Virus record (IMG/VR): IMGVR_UViG_3300037493_005562
Source of the DNA: an uncultured virus (IMG/VR IMGVR_UViG_3300037493_005562)
Lineage: Duplodnaviria; Heunggongvirae; Uroviricota; Caudoviricetes
Direction: 5' to 3' (one strand)
DNA: 64,000 nt
Position numbers and translations under genes: made by a program. Below, piece after piece: positions 29,403 through 37,556 of this stretch (its first letter is position 1; the number at the start of each line of letters is the position of its first letter). The notes under the pieces are model-generated. The model made no database searches, had not been told where the DNA came from, and was given only the letters and a program-made list of their open reading frames with translations.

Positions 29403-29716
29403 TTGGCTTCCTGCAAGTTGTCGATGTTGCTCTCTTCGAGGTACGTCTCAGCGTCCGCGAGGATGGACATCGAAGCGACCCAGCTCAGTGCTTCTTCAAA
29501 GCTGGGATGGTTTGATGCAGACCAGTGGCTGCCGTGGTCGACGTCGTCGTCACGTCCGACTTGGTAGATGCAGTCTTCGTAAACGAAGGGGAACACCTCG
29601 GTACCGTCGATTCGGATACCATCGGCCGTGTCCTCGATCACGGGCTCGCGTCCCAAGAGCTTGAGCCACGTCTGGCGAGCGAGATTTTTGTGTTTCTCGG
29701 CGATGACCAGATTCAT
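29399..29716 (-). CDS. Hypothetical protein
   Basis: Coupled on both sides. Confidence 0.7.
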   Translation of the reverse strand: MNLVIAEKHKNLARQTWLKLLGREPVIEDTADGIRIDGTEVFPFVYEDCIYQVGRDDDVDHGSHWSASNHPSFEEALSWVASMSILADAETYLEESNIDNLQEAK

Positions 29717-30153
29717 GACTTCTTCTCCGGGGCGACGCGAACCGATTTGCCGTTGATCCAGACCGAGTCCAGGGACAGGCCCACCGTCGATTCGCCAGTT
29801 TTATCAGTTGGGGGGAGGGCACCGATCACTTCGACGTTCCATTGGGGATCGATGAAACCGTCGCGGTCGTTCAGGATCGAGTTGCGGTCGGTTGCGGTCA
29901 CACGGACCCGAATAGGCGGATCGAAGTACAGCTCTACGAAGTTCCCGCCCACGTACCCGGACAGTGTGAGAACGAGTCCTTCTTTGCCGAGGGCGTCGGC
30001 GTATTCGTCCAGCACGACACCTTTGGCGTCGGCCCATCCGTCAGGGGTTGCAGGGAAGGCGTCGACTTCGGTGGGGTCTTCCCACTGCCACAGAGGCAGC
30101 GTGACGTCTTCGCCGTCGAGGGTCACGGGGATACCGAGGATCGCGATGTTCAC
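29713..30153 (-). CDS. Hypothetical acidic protein
   Basis: GGAGG RBS, GTGA overlap at 30153. Confidence 0.7.
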   Translation of the reverse strand: MNIAILGIPVTLDGEDVTLPLWQWEDPTEVDAFPATPDGWADAKGVVLDEYADALGKEGLVLTLSGYVGGNFVELYFDPPIRVRVTATDRNSILNDRDGFIDPQWNVEVIGALPPTDKTGESTVGLSLDSVWINGKSVRVAPEKKS

Positions 30154-30431
30154 TTGGCCTCCCGGGGACTTCCGTTTGCGATCAGCGCGTCCAGGTCGGC
30201 CACACGAATGAGGCGCCGCCCACCGATGCGGATCGAAGGGATGACACCTCGCCGGATCCATCCGCGAACCGTCCCCGCGGGGACACCTGTGCGCTCATGC
30301 ACTTCTTCGACGGTGAGGGTGAGACGCTCGCTCGGCGCGTTCGGGACGGCTCGTGGGGGTGCGGAAGGCGTGGCCGCGATTGCGGGACGAACGAGTCGCC
30401 TCTGAGGTTCACGGGCGGGGGAGGTATTCAC
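30150..30431 (-). CDS. Excisionase/MerR-like HTH DNA-binding protein
   Basis: LTVEEV....GV...TVRGWIRRG.IP..RIGGRRLI...DL. Confidence 0.85.
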   Translation of the reverse strand: MNTSPAREPQRRLVRPAIAATPSAPPRAVPNAPSERLTLTVEEVHERTGVPAGTVRGWIRRGVIPSIRIGGRRLIRVADLDALIANGSPREAK

Positions 30432-31243
30432 TTGACCTCCTTCGGGAACACGATCCCAAACTGCGGCGACAGGACCTTGTCCACGACGATGCCCTGCGCT
30501 TCGAGCGAGGTTTCCGGCACCGTGCCCCAGAACGTCAGCCCTCCCTGCTTGACGGCGCAGACCTTGTGCCCCTCTTTGTACGCGACGTAGAAGCCGTGGT
30601 CGACATCGGTGTGAGGGAAGCCACGTTCGTCGAGCGTGAACTTGGTGGTGGTGATGAAGTCGCGAACGGTCCCCACGATGCGCATATCAACGAGCTTGCG
30701 AAGCGCGTGCGCTCCGGGCAGCACGTCGTCTGGGTTTTTACCGTTTTCACCATTGTCGTTGCGCGTGGTGTAAGAGCACAGCAAACCCTCCAGCTTTGTG
30801 GCGGCTGCCGTCGCTCGACGGAAACGTGTCAGCAGTGTCACCTCGGGCGCGTAGCCGCCCTCGGTACAGTCGGAGATCACGGTGAGGGTGAGCCAGAGCG
30901 CTTCGATCTTCCAGAACGCGATCGTTGCGGGATCCGTTTCGAGATCATCATCGTTCTCAGGCCACAGAGGCAGGCCGCCCCCTTGAAGGAGGACCGCAGG
31001 GCCCTGTTCGTGGGCCTTCATGATCGCGTCCCGGCCGACAGCTTCGTCCACCTTGAAGATCCCGCACAGCCGCGAGAATTGTTCCGGGCACGTTTCCATG
31101 AGGAACAACGGGTCCGGTCCCTGGAGCATGGCCCGGTTCAGGATCGTGGCGTCGAGCCCCGCCGCCTCGCTCTTGTCCGAGTAGGTGCGCTCGGTTAGGA
31201 GGGGGAGGAAAAACTCGGCGATACGCTTCTGGTCCTTGTTCAC
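30428..31243 (-). CDS. Hypothetical protein
   Basis: Coupled on both sides. Confidence 0.7.
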   Translation of the reverse strand: MNKDQKRIAEFFLPLLTERTYSDKSEAAGLDATILNRAMLQGPDPLFLMETCPEQFSRLCGIFKVDEAVGRDAIMKAHEQGPAVLLQGGGLPLWPENDDDLETDPATIAFWKIEALWLTLTVISDCTEGGYAPEVTLLTRFRRATAAATKLEGLLCSYTTRNDNGENGKNPDDVLPGAHALRKLVDMRIVGTVRDFITTTKFTLDERGFPHTDVDHGFYVAYKEGHKVCAVKQGGLTFWGTVPETSLEAQGIVVDKVLSPQFGIVFPKEVK

Positions 31244-31629
31244 TTGGCACGCTCCGCTGCGAGGGTTTCGATTACACGGGCCGGAAGCCCTTTGACGAGG
31301 GCCTCGATTTCGGCGTGAAGACGTTCGATGTGCTCCATGCTTTTGGCGACTTCGGCCAGCTTGCGTTCCGCCGTTCGAGCGCGGATCAGAGCGGCGTTCC
31401 GTTCACGGAGCAGTGTGAGGAACGAATCCCCCGCGATCCGGGAGACCTCGCACAGCTTCGCGTGGGCTTCGTCCGCGCGCTGACCGTCACGCTTCGTTCC
31501 GCACGAGGCCGCGTCGACTTCCGCCAGCACCGCCTGGGACTTGGCGTCCATAAGCGTGTCGAGAATGTCGAGCACTTCCACAGAGCTTGTGGGGGCGCGC
31601 GTGGCGTCGGGAAGGGGGGAAGTGTTCAC
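31240..31629 (-). CDS. Coiled-coil hypothetical protein
   Basis: AGGAG RBS; coupled. Confidence 0.65.
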   Translation of the reverse strand: MNTSPLPDATRAPTSSVEVLDILDTLMDAKSQAVLAEVDAASCGTKRDGQRADEAHAKLCEVSRIAGDSFLTLLRERNAALIRARTAERKLAEVAKSMEHIERLHAEIEALVKGLPARVIETLAAERAK

Positions 31630-31865
31630 GCGGGCTCCTGCAAGTCGTCATGTTTCGCGTTTCGGAGATCCCACGCATCGCAAGCAGCTTTGATTTCGGG
31701 GTGGAAGCGTCCGAGCTTGCTTCGGATCAACGCCACGGCGTTTGGGTTCAGGTCGGCATCGACCCCGTCGAACAGATCGTGAACCTGTTCCCGTACGGCG
31801 TCACCGAGGTTGCGGTACGCCTTGGCGAACCTGAGTAGGTCGCCGATGTTCGTTTCGCGCAGCAT
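31626..31865 (-). CDS. Hypothetical protein
   Basis: ATG 31865 just after upstream stop. Confidence 0.65.
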   Translation of the reverse strand: MLRETNIGDLLRFAKAYRNLGDAVREQVHDLFDGVDADLNPNAVALIRSKLGRFHPEIKAACDAWDLRNAKHDDLQEPA

Positions 31866-31867
31866 GC

Positions 31868-32191
31868 TCACTTTCCGTCTGTACAGAAGAGGTTGCGGTT
31901 GCAGACCGACGCAACCAACGCGGCCACGTCGAGGATTTCCGGTTCGGAGGGGTCGCGGCTGATCGCGCGGCCAATTCGGACCGCGCATTCGGGGATCGAC
32001 AAGGGCTCGTTGGTGTCGCACACAGGGATCGACGGCGCGTTCTCGACGGAGATCCCGACATACTCGTCATGGTCGTTGATGAACAACGGGTGTCCGAGAA
32101 CGTCGATAAGATCGAGGTCGCCGCCGTCGTGGACGAGTACGACACGCCCTGAGGGGGCGGTCCAGCGAAAGGGATCGGTGAGGTTGCTCAT
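31868..32191 (-). CDS. Hypothetical protein
   Basis: GGAGG RBS. Confidence 0.65.
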   Translation of the reverse strand: MSNLTDPFRWTAPSGRVVLVHDGGDLDLIDVLGHPLFINDHDEYVGISVENAPSIPVCDTNEPLSIPECAVRIGRAISRDPSEPEILDVAALVASVCNRNLFCTDGK

Positions 32192-32194
32192 GGT

Positions 32195-32557
32195 CTAGCC
32201 CTCCGCCCGGTAGGTGAGATCAGCGAAGCGTTCGGCGCGGCATACGAGCCTTTCCAGAAGGATAGGGCTTGCGTCCGCTACGGGGAGAGCGTGAGCCTCG
32301 ACCCAAGCGTAAAGGGTGTTAAGCCCTGAACAGTCGTCGTCTTGCAGGCGCTTTTCGTCGTAGCCCCGCCGCGACATGAAAGCGACGTACTCGGCGTTGA
32401 GGTTTTTCGGAACCGCGTACCAGTCAGCGTACCGAAACACAAGGAACGCGCCTCGGTAGCTGGCAACAACGTGCTTACCGTCGTGAAACGCCGGATCCGT
32501 GTTCTTCAGACCGAATTGGACGAAGCGTTCGTCCGCGCGACAGGTGAGGGTGCTCAT
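32195..32557 (-). CDS. Hypothetical protein
   Basis: GGAGG RBS; ends TYRAEG. Confidence 0.65.
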   Translation of the reverse strand: MSTLTCRADERFVQFGLKNTDPAFHDGKHVVASYRGAFLVFRYADWYAVPKNLNAEYVAFMSRRGYDEKRLQDDDCSGLNTLYAWVEAHALPVADASPILLERLVCRAERFADLTYRAEG

Positions 32558-32560
32558 GGC

Positions 32561-32938
32561 TTAGCCCTCCGCCCGGTAGGTGGCGCGGACGGCGTCTTCG
32601 CGGCACACGTGACGCTCTGAGGCCAGCCCCCCGCCGTGGTAGATCCAGAGGGTGTACCAGATTCCGGTTTCGGGGTCCGAAGCCACGGCGAACCGATCCA
32701 CGATGAGGTTTGGAAGGGAAACGCCCGAAACGTCGGCGCCCTCCAGAGCGGAAGCGATCTCGGCGGCGTCGACTGGGTACACGATCGCGTCCCAATCCGT
32801 TCGCGGCGGCACGGCGGCATCGAACGCATCTCGGTGCTTCTCGGCGGCGACGGCGATCTCGAACAAGGTACGCATGGAGTTTCCGGCTGAGAGAGTGGTG
32901 GAGTTTCCGACCGAGAGAGAGGTGGCGGTACGCATCAC
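32561..32938 (-). CDS. Hypothetical protein
   Basis: Coupled; ends TYRAEG. Confidence 0.6.
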   Translation of the reverse strand: MMRTATSLSVGNSTTLSAGNSMRTLFEIAVAAEKHRDAFDAAVPPRTDWDAIVYPVDAAEIASALEGADVSGVSLPNLIVDRFAVASDPETGIWYTLWIYHGGGLASERHVCREDAVRATYRAEG

Positions 32939-33219
32939 AGGGCCCTCAGAAACGAGGCGCGCCCGTCCCAGTCGTACTCGTACCCACGGATGTAGGCGTC
33001 ATGCACGGCAGCGGCCGGACCGCCGTTCGGGTACGTTTTGCCGGTATCCCGAACGATGCCATAGATATGCCGTGCCGTATCGTGGAACAGGATCGCCCCG
33101 TCCGGCGCAGTCGCGACGACCAGCGCACCGGCTTGACCGTGTGCGCCACGATACCGGCCGACGATCGAGAGGGTTTCCTCTTTCCCGGCGTCATTCTTAA
33201 CTTTGAGCGTTTCGGACAT
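32935..33219 (-). CDS. Hypothetical protein (first gene of leftward block)
   Basis: ATG 33219 downstream of promoter motif. Confidence 0.55.
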   Translation of the reverse strand: MSETLKVKNDAGKEETLSIVGRYRGAHGQAGALVVATAPDGAILFHDTARHIYGIVRDTGKTYPNGGPAAAVHDAYIRGYEYDWDGRASFLRAL

Positions 33220-33270
33220 AGGGGGGGGGCTCCCGGTAGGGGGTGGTGTTGACCCCTCCGATGCTTTATA

Positions 33271-33298
33271 TGTAACCGATACGGATACGACTGTCAAG
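33271..33298 (-). promoter_or_regulatory. Shared promoter-like motif copy 1
   Basis: cTTGACA-N15-GTTACA. Confidence 0.65.
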
Positions 33299-33502
33299 GG
33301 TCGATCTTGAGTCGCCTCGTGCCCCATCCAGGGAGGTACCCCCCTCCCCCCCCCACCCCCTAGTCCAGAACCGAAACTCGACCCTCGGGCACGGCTCTAA
33401 TAGAGTACCCCCTGGCACCGTCCTAAACTCTATGCTACGTTTCGGCTCGAACACGCGGGCGAGGACTACCCCCAAAACCCGGACACCACGGAGACTACGA
33501 AC

Positions 33503-33886
33503 ATGGCAGTCGATCAGAACACGGTCATCGGTGCGGTTGCGGGCGCGATTGCGGGTGCAATCATCTCCAAGTACGGGATGAAGAAGAAGTCGTCGAACCA
33601 GAAGATCGCCCTCGTGGCTGCGGCCGGAGCGGCGGCGGTCGGCGGCGCCACGTACATGTACGGCCAGAGGCAGTCGGCGCAGGCTGCTACGGTGTCTTCT
33701 GCCCCTGTGAAGGGCATGGACGACGTCGGCATGATCGTCCCCCTGATCGGCGAAGTCGATCTCGTCAAGTCGGGTGCCGGTGCGTTCGCAGGGTTCGCCC
33801 TCGGTACGGCGTTCGGTAATCCGGTCATCGGTACTGCGGTCGGCGCGGCGGCGACCACGGCGCTCTCGAAGTGGAACGCAGCGTAG
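33503..33886 (+). CDS. Glycine-zipper membrane protein
   Basis: GGAGA RBS; four GxxxG segments; strong codon bias. Confidence 0.8.
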   Translation: MAVDQNTVIGAVAGAIAGAIISKYGMKKKSSNQKIALVAAAGAAAVGGATYMYGQRQSAQAATVSSAPVKGMDDVGMIVPLIGEVDLVKSGAGAFAGFALGTAFGNPVIGTAVGAAATTALSKWNAA

Positions 33887-33971
33887 GCTTCCTCGTACGC
33901 GCATCACCCCTTTGAGGTCCGGGGCGTACCGTCTTTACGGCGCGCCCCGGCCTCCACCCTTCGAGGTTCCC

Positions 33972-34445
33972 GTGGCTGAAGAACTGGATCGTGACTGGTT
34001 GCAGAAGGTCGCACTTGGCGCGGCGATCGGAGCGATTGCGGGATTCGGCGCGGGTTCCACCCTGCTGAAGCCTGCGAGACCCGGTGTCGTGGCCCTTGTG
34101 GGCACCCTTGCAGGCGCGAGTCTCTCGTATGCGATGCTTCGCCCCAGTGAGCGTCCGAAGGGGTACGTAGAAACGGTTACGACACGTCAGGGCGAGGTTC
34201 ACGACACGGTCAAAGAGGACGTCAAAGACGTCCACGATACGATCACGTCGGACATCAAAGCTGGCGCGGACTGGATGTTCGGCGGTGAGGGGCAACACGA
34301 CGCCTCCGAGGCTTCTCGGATCAAGGCTGCCGCCGCTGCGTCCGCTGCTCAGGCAAGGGCTGCAATTGCCGCGAAGGAGGCTGCTGCTCAGGCACCCCGC
34401 ACCAATGGTATCCCGGTACGCGGCGTCGTCTTCGTAGGCCGATAA
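33972..34445 (+). CDS. Glycine-zipper membrane protein
   Basis: GAGG RBS and GTG 33972; ends GVVFVGR. Confidence 0.7.
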   Translation: MAEELDRDWLQKVALGAAIGAIAGFGAGSTLLKPARPGVVALVGTLAGASLSYAMLRPSERPKGYVETVTTRQGEVHDTVKEDVKDVHDTITSDIKAGADWMFGGEGQHDASEASRIKAAAAASAAQARAAIAAKEAAAQAPRTNGIPVRGVVFVGR

Positions 34446-34446
34446 C

Positions 34447-35280
34447 GTGGTCATCCTCGCCCCGCGTGTAGGCAGGGTCGTCGTGGGCCGCATGACGGAC
34501 TCTGGCTACGACGACTATGAGTACGTCGGGGCTTACGACCGGACCGGCGAGATGCCCGTGGACGTAGACACAATCCTTCGCGACGCGCCCTTCGCCAAGC
34601 AAGCGGGACCGTCCGCCGCTGGATCCCCATCCCCCGCCACGCGCCTCGCCAACGCCCACACGATTGTTCGCGTGGCGCTCGATGAAGGTCTTCCCCTTGG
34701 TGTCGCACTCGCGATGGTCGTGAACGCCGACGCGGAGTCGGCTCTGAACCACGCTGCGATCGGGGACGGTGGACACGCGATCGGTCTATTCCAAGCGAAT
34801 GACCTGGGAGGCAAGCGAACGTTCCCTGGAGATCGTCGCGACCCTGCCGCAACCACGCGTTGGATCATATCCGAGTACCGGGCGGCGGTGGACCGGACGA
34901 CGGGCAAGGACAAGGCTGCGGGCGACGTGATCGTGTCTCGACCCTCGCTCGCTTCGGCGCTCGCGTCTGGTAGGTCGGTCGCAGACATCGCAGGGCTCTT
35001 TGCGTTCTACGTTGAGCGTCCCGCAGCTCTCCAGAAGGAAGAGGCCGCACGTCGAGGGCGCACCTCTCAGACGTTCCCGACGGTCGCTTCGGCCCCGGCC
35101 AACAGTCTGGTACCCGGGGGCCCCGGTGGGGCATCGACTGTCTCGACGGTGATCACGAAGATCGAAAAAGCCGCCCCTGCGACAAGCACAGGGACGGCGG
35201 TTCTCGGTGGCGCGACGATGCTTGCGGTCGGCGTGTTCGGGGTCGGACTCGCTCTGGCCGCTTGGCGACTCAGCCGCTAG
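34447..35280 (+). CDS. Lysozyme-like muramidase (phage tail lysozyme type) with C-terminal TM anchor
   Basis: NADAESAL...GDGG.AIGLFQ...F...VERPA; terminal hydrophobic helix; VVVGR motif. Confidence 0.7.
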   Translation: MVILAPRVGRVVVGRMTDSGYDDYEYVGAYDRTGEMPVDVDTILRDAPFAKQAGPSAAGSPSPATRLANAHTIVRVALDEGLPLGVALAMVVNADAESALNHAAIGDGGHAIGLFQANDLGGKRTFPGDRRDPAATTRWIISEYRAAVDRTTGKDKAAGDVIVSRPSLASALASGRSVADIAGLFAFYVERPAALQKEEAARRGRTSQTFPTVASAPANSLVPGGPGGASTVSTVITKIEKAAPATSTGTAVLGGATMLAVGVFGVGLALAAWRLSR

Positions 35281-36926
35281 TACGCGAGCTGCCCACCACG
35301 AACGAATTCGCTGATCACGGCAGGGGTAGCAGTATCACAACCGCAGCAATCGAGCATGCCAGAGTCTTGTGGATCTGCGATCGTGAACGCTCCTGCGGTC
35401 ATCGCCACGACCACGAGTCGCGCGTCGATTCCCATCTTCTCGCGGTAGTTCCGCAGAGCGTTGACGGGAGACACTGAACTGAAAGTCTCACTGTCCGTGT
35501 AGACGATGAAGCAGTCCACGGGCATCTTCTTCGCGAGCGCGTCGATCATCGGAAGGGCGCAGTCGGTTCCGCCCATCGGCATGCCGTGCATGTGGGCACA
35601 CAGCTTGTCGAGCTTGTCGAAGCGCGTGAGATCGATGGTCGTCAGGCCCGAGGGATCTCCCCCGTGCATGCCACCGTACCCCGTCTTGCCCGCGGTGAAG
35701 CCCGCCGCGTAGCACTCCTTCTCGACCTTCGCCGTGACCATCGCCAAGGCCGCCGTTGCGACCCGAGGCGTGACGCCCGGGAGTCCCGCGATGAGACCTG
35801 CGTTCATCGAGCCCGAGACATCGAGTCCGAGGTAGTACCGAGCGTCCGTCGGCTCGACGTACTGGAAGCACTTGTAGAAGGTCGCATCGAGGGCCGAGAC
35901 CAGACCAGGGTTCACCGCCCACGTGTTCGCGCCGCGAACCCCGTGCCCCTGTGCGTACGTCATCATCGCGACGAGTACGGCGAGAGGGTGAACGCGAGCG
36001 TGCTTGAGCGCCTGCTCGTCCGCGAGCCGCGACATGACGAACTTCGCCGCGTCGGATCCCGTTCCCAGGAACCCGATCGTGCTCATCTTGCCCAGGTTGC
36101 GGAGCATCGCCGTCATCGGCATGCCGTACTTGCCCGCGTGGAGCAGCGCGTCCCAAACCTCGGGCGAGTCGAGGTGTTCCGTACGAACACACTCGCGCGG
36201 GAGGTTGTACTCGCGGATCAGACGCGCCGAGTCCTTCGGAGAAGCCGAACGCTTCGCCGCCTCGAACGCATCGACGAGTGGGTGGACCGGAGAGGGAAGC
36301 GTATCCCCATCCGTCGTGATCGCACCGACCAGCGTCTTCTTCGTCGACCAGCCGAGCAGACGATCGAGATCGCCGCCGCGCTCGTGGCCCGAAGGCTTCG
36401 CGAGACGAAGCACGTCCCGGTGCGACCACTTGTCGCGGGACTGGTACTTCACGAGCTGCATGGCGAGATCGTCCGGGCCACGCGTCGTGTACCACTCGGC
36501 GAACGCGCGCTTGGTGCCACGGCCCCAGCCCCCGAGCCCTTGAACGGCCTCGGCGAGATGGAACAGGTGCGTGCCGATCCGGCAGACCTTCGGGACCGCC
36601 GCCTGCGCCGCCTTGCGGGTGGCGTCGTCGCCCTTCTTCATGCAGGCCGCGAGAACGAGGATCGCGGGATCGTTCTTCGGCGCACGTCCAGCGTCGGAGA
36701 TCGCGACAACCGTACGCACGACCCGCTGGCCGTCGGCCGCGATGCAGCGCAGCGTGGCGTCGAACGCCTGCGCCGTGTGCGCCTTCTCGGACGCGTAGAA
36801 CGTGCCGCCCTCGGAGCCGAGGACGAGGAAGCGGTTCAGACGGCCCCAGTCGTCGAGGACGAACTTGGCAGGTGCCGAGGTAACCGAAGTGGAGACGTGA
36901 CCAACGATGTTCTGGAACGACGACAT
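35277..36926 (-). CDS. rsr: Ro60/TROVE domain RNA-binding protein with vWA domain
   Basis: RFLVLGSEGGTFY, KYQSRDKWSHRDVLRL, AMLRNLG, RVHP, LDVSGSM, GGTDC, VYTDSE motifs; GGAG RBS before ATG 36926. Confidence 0.95.
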   Translation of the reverse strand: MSSFQNIVGHVSTSVTSAPAKFVLDDWGRLNRFLVLGSEGGTFYASEKAHTAQAFDATLRCIAADGQRVVRTVVAISDAGRAPKNDPAILVLAACMKKGDDATRKAAQAAVPKVCRIGTHLFHLAEAVQGLGGWGRGTKRAFAEWYTTRGPDDLAMQLVKYQSRDKWSHRDVLRLAKPSGHERGGDLDRLLGWSTKKTLVGAITTDGDTLPSPVHPLVDAFEAAKRSASPKDSARLIREYNLPRECVRTEHLDSPEVWDALLHAGKYGMPMTAMLRNLGKMSTIGFLGTGSDAAKFVMSRLADEQALKHARVHPLAVLVAMMTYAQGHGVRGANTWAVNPGLVSALDATFYKCFQYVEPTDARYYLGLDVSGSMNAGLIAGLPGVTPRVATAALAMVTAKVEKECYAAGFTAGKTGYGGMHGGDPSGLTTIDLTRFDKLDKLCAHMHGMPMGGTDCALPMIDALAKKMPVDCFIVYTDSETFSSVSPVNALRNYREKMGIDARLVVVAMTAGAFTIADPQDSGMLDCCGCDTATPAVISEFVRGGQLAY

Positions 36927-36938
36927 GGGAGACTCCAA

Positions 36939-37000
36939 GGTGAACGAGGGGTTGAACGCGGGAGGTTCTGTGCAAGAGAACCCGCATCCTCCGGCTCACC
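36939..37000 (-). ncRNA. Y-RNA-like hairpin unit D
   Basis: GGT-GAGCCG-N9-GGTTCTC...CTCGTTC-ACC; ends pair around a bulged C. Confidence 0.6.
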
Positions 37001-37060
37001 AGGGGTTCGCGTCCGCTGGATTGCGGACATTTCAACACACGCCGCACGCGGCGAAGGGAA

Positions 37061-37126
37061 TCGTGAACGAGAAAGTTAGCCTGGGGTTTCTAGTTTGGAT
37101 GAGAACCCAGGCCGAACGGCTCACGA
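37061..37126 (-). ncRNA. Y-RNA-like hairpin unit C
   Basis: TCGT-GAGCCG-N9-GGTTCTC...CTCGTTC-ACGA. Confidence 0.65.
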
Positions 37127-37131
37127 AGGGA

Positions 37132-37198
37132 TTCACGAACGAAGGACGACCTTGGGAGGATTTCTTAACAGGAAAACCCAGGGTCAACGGCTCGTGAA
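37132..37198 (-). ncRNA. Y-RNA-like hairpin unit B
   Basis: TTCAC-GAGCCG-N9-GGTTTTC...TTCGTTC-GTGAA. Confidence 0.65.
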
Positions 37199-37211
37199 AG
37201 GGAATCGCTAA

Positions 37212-37323
37212 CGTGACGGACGAGAAGTGCGGGTCGATAGGACTAGGAACCAACCATCGGCCGAATCGAACGGCCTTTCGTCTGAATTTCAGTCAGAGAA
37301 CCGACCTGCGACGGCCCGACACG
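37212..37323 (-). ncRNA. Y-RNA-like unit A carrying tRNA anticodon-like and T arms
   Basis: GGGCCG-N9-GGTTCTC...CTCGTCC; internal TCTGA-CTGAAAT-TCAGA and GGCCG-TTCGATT-CGGCC. Confidence 0.7.
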
Positions 37324-37410
37324 AAGCGAAAGAGTAAACTTGGGAAAGAGCAGTTTCAAACACTGCGAAAGAGCATCACGGGACCGCGACCGGCCTCATG
37401 GTACCAGACA

Positions 37411-37437
37411 TGTAACCGACCAGGACACGGCGTCAAG
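37411..37437 (-). promoter_or_regulatory. Shared promoter-like motif copy 2 (Y-RNA/Ro60 unit)
   Basis: cTTGACG-N14-GTTACA. Confidence 0.65.
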
Positions 37438-37556
37438 GAAAAGATTCAGAAAAAGATCCGAAATCTTCCCTAAGCCACCAACTGCCCGAAAGAGCACACT
37501 TCGTGGTGTACCCATTCGTTCGTACTCGTGATACGTTTCTCACGCGCGAGGATGGG

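Noticed and set aside
30150..30431. Evidence of an integrated prophage or excision module
   Set aside because: Excisionase-like HTH only; no integrase, att site or host genes in the window.
33220..33420. G/C homopolymer tracts in the divergent intergenic region as origin or G-quadruplex
   Set aside because: Tracts are real but there are no iterons, AT-rich unwinding element or adjacent replication gene to support a function.
35488..37079. 519-aa and 497-aa ORFs overlapping Ro60
   Set aside because: High-GC shadow frames with no motifs.
36939..37323. CRISPR array
   Set aside because: Units share only short motifs and base-pairing, lengths vary, there are no identical repeats, and no cas genes are in the window.
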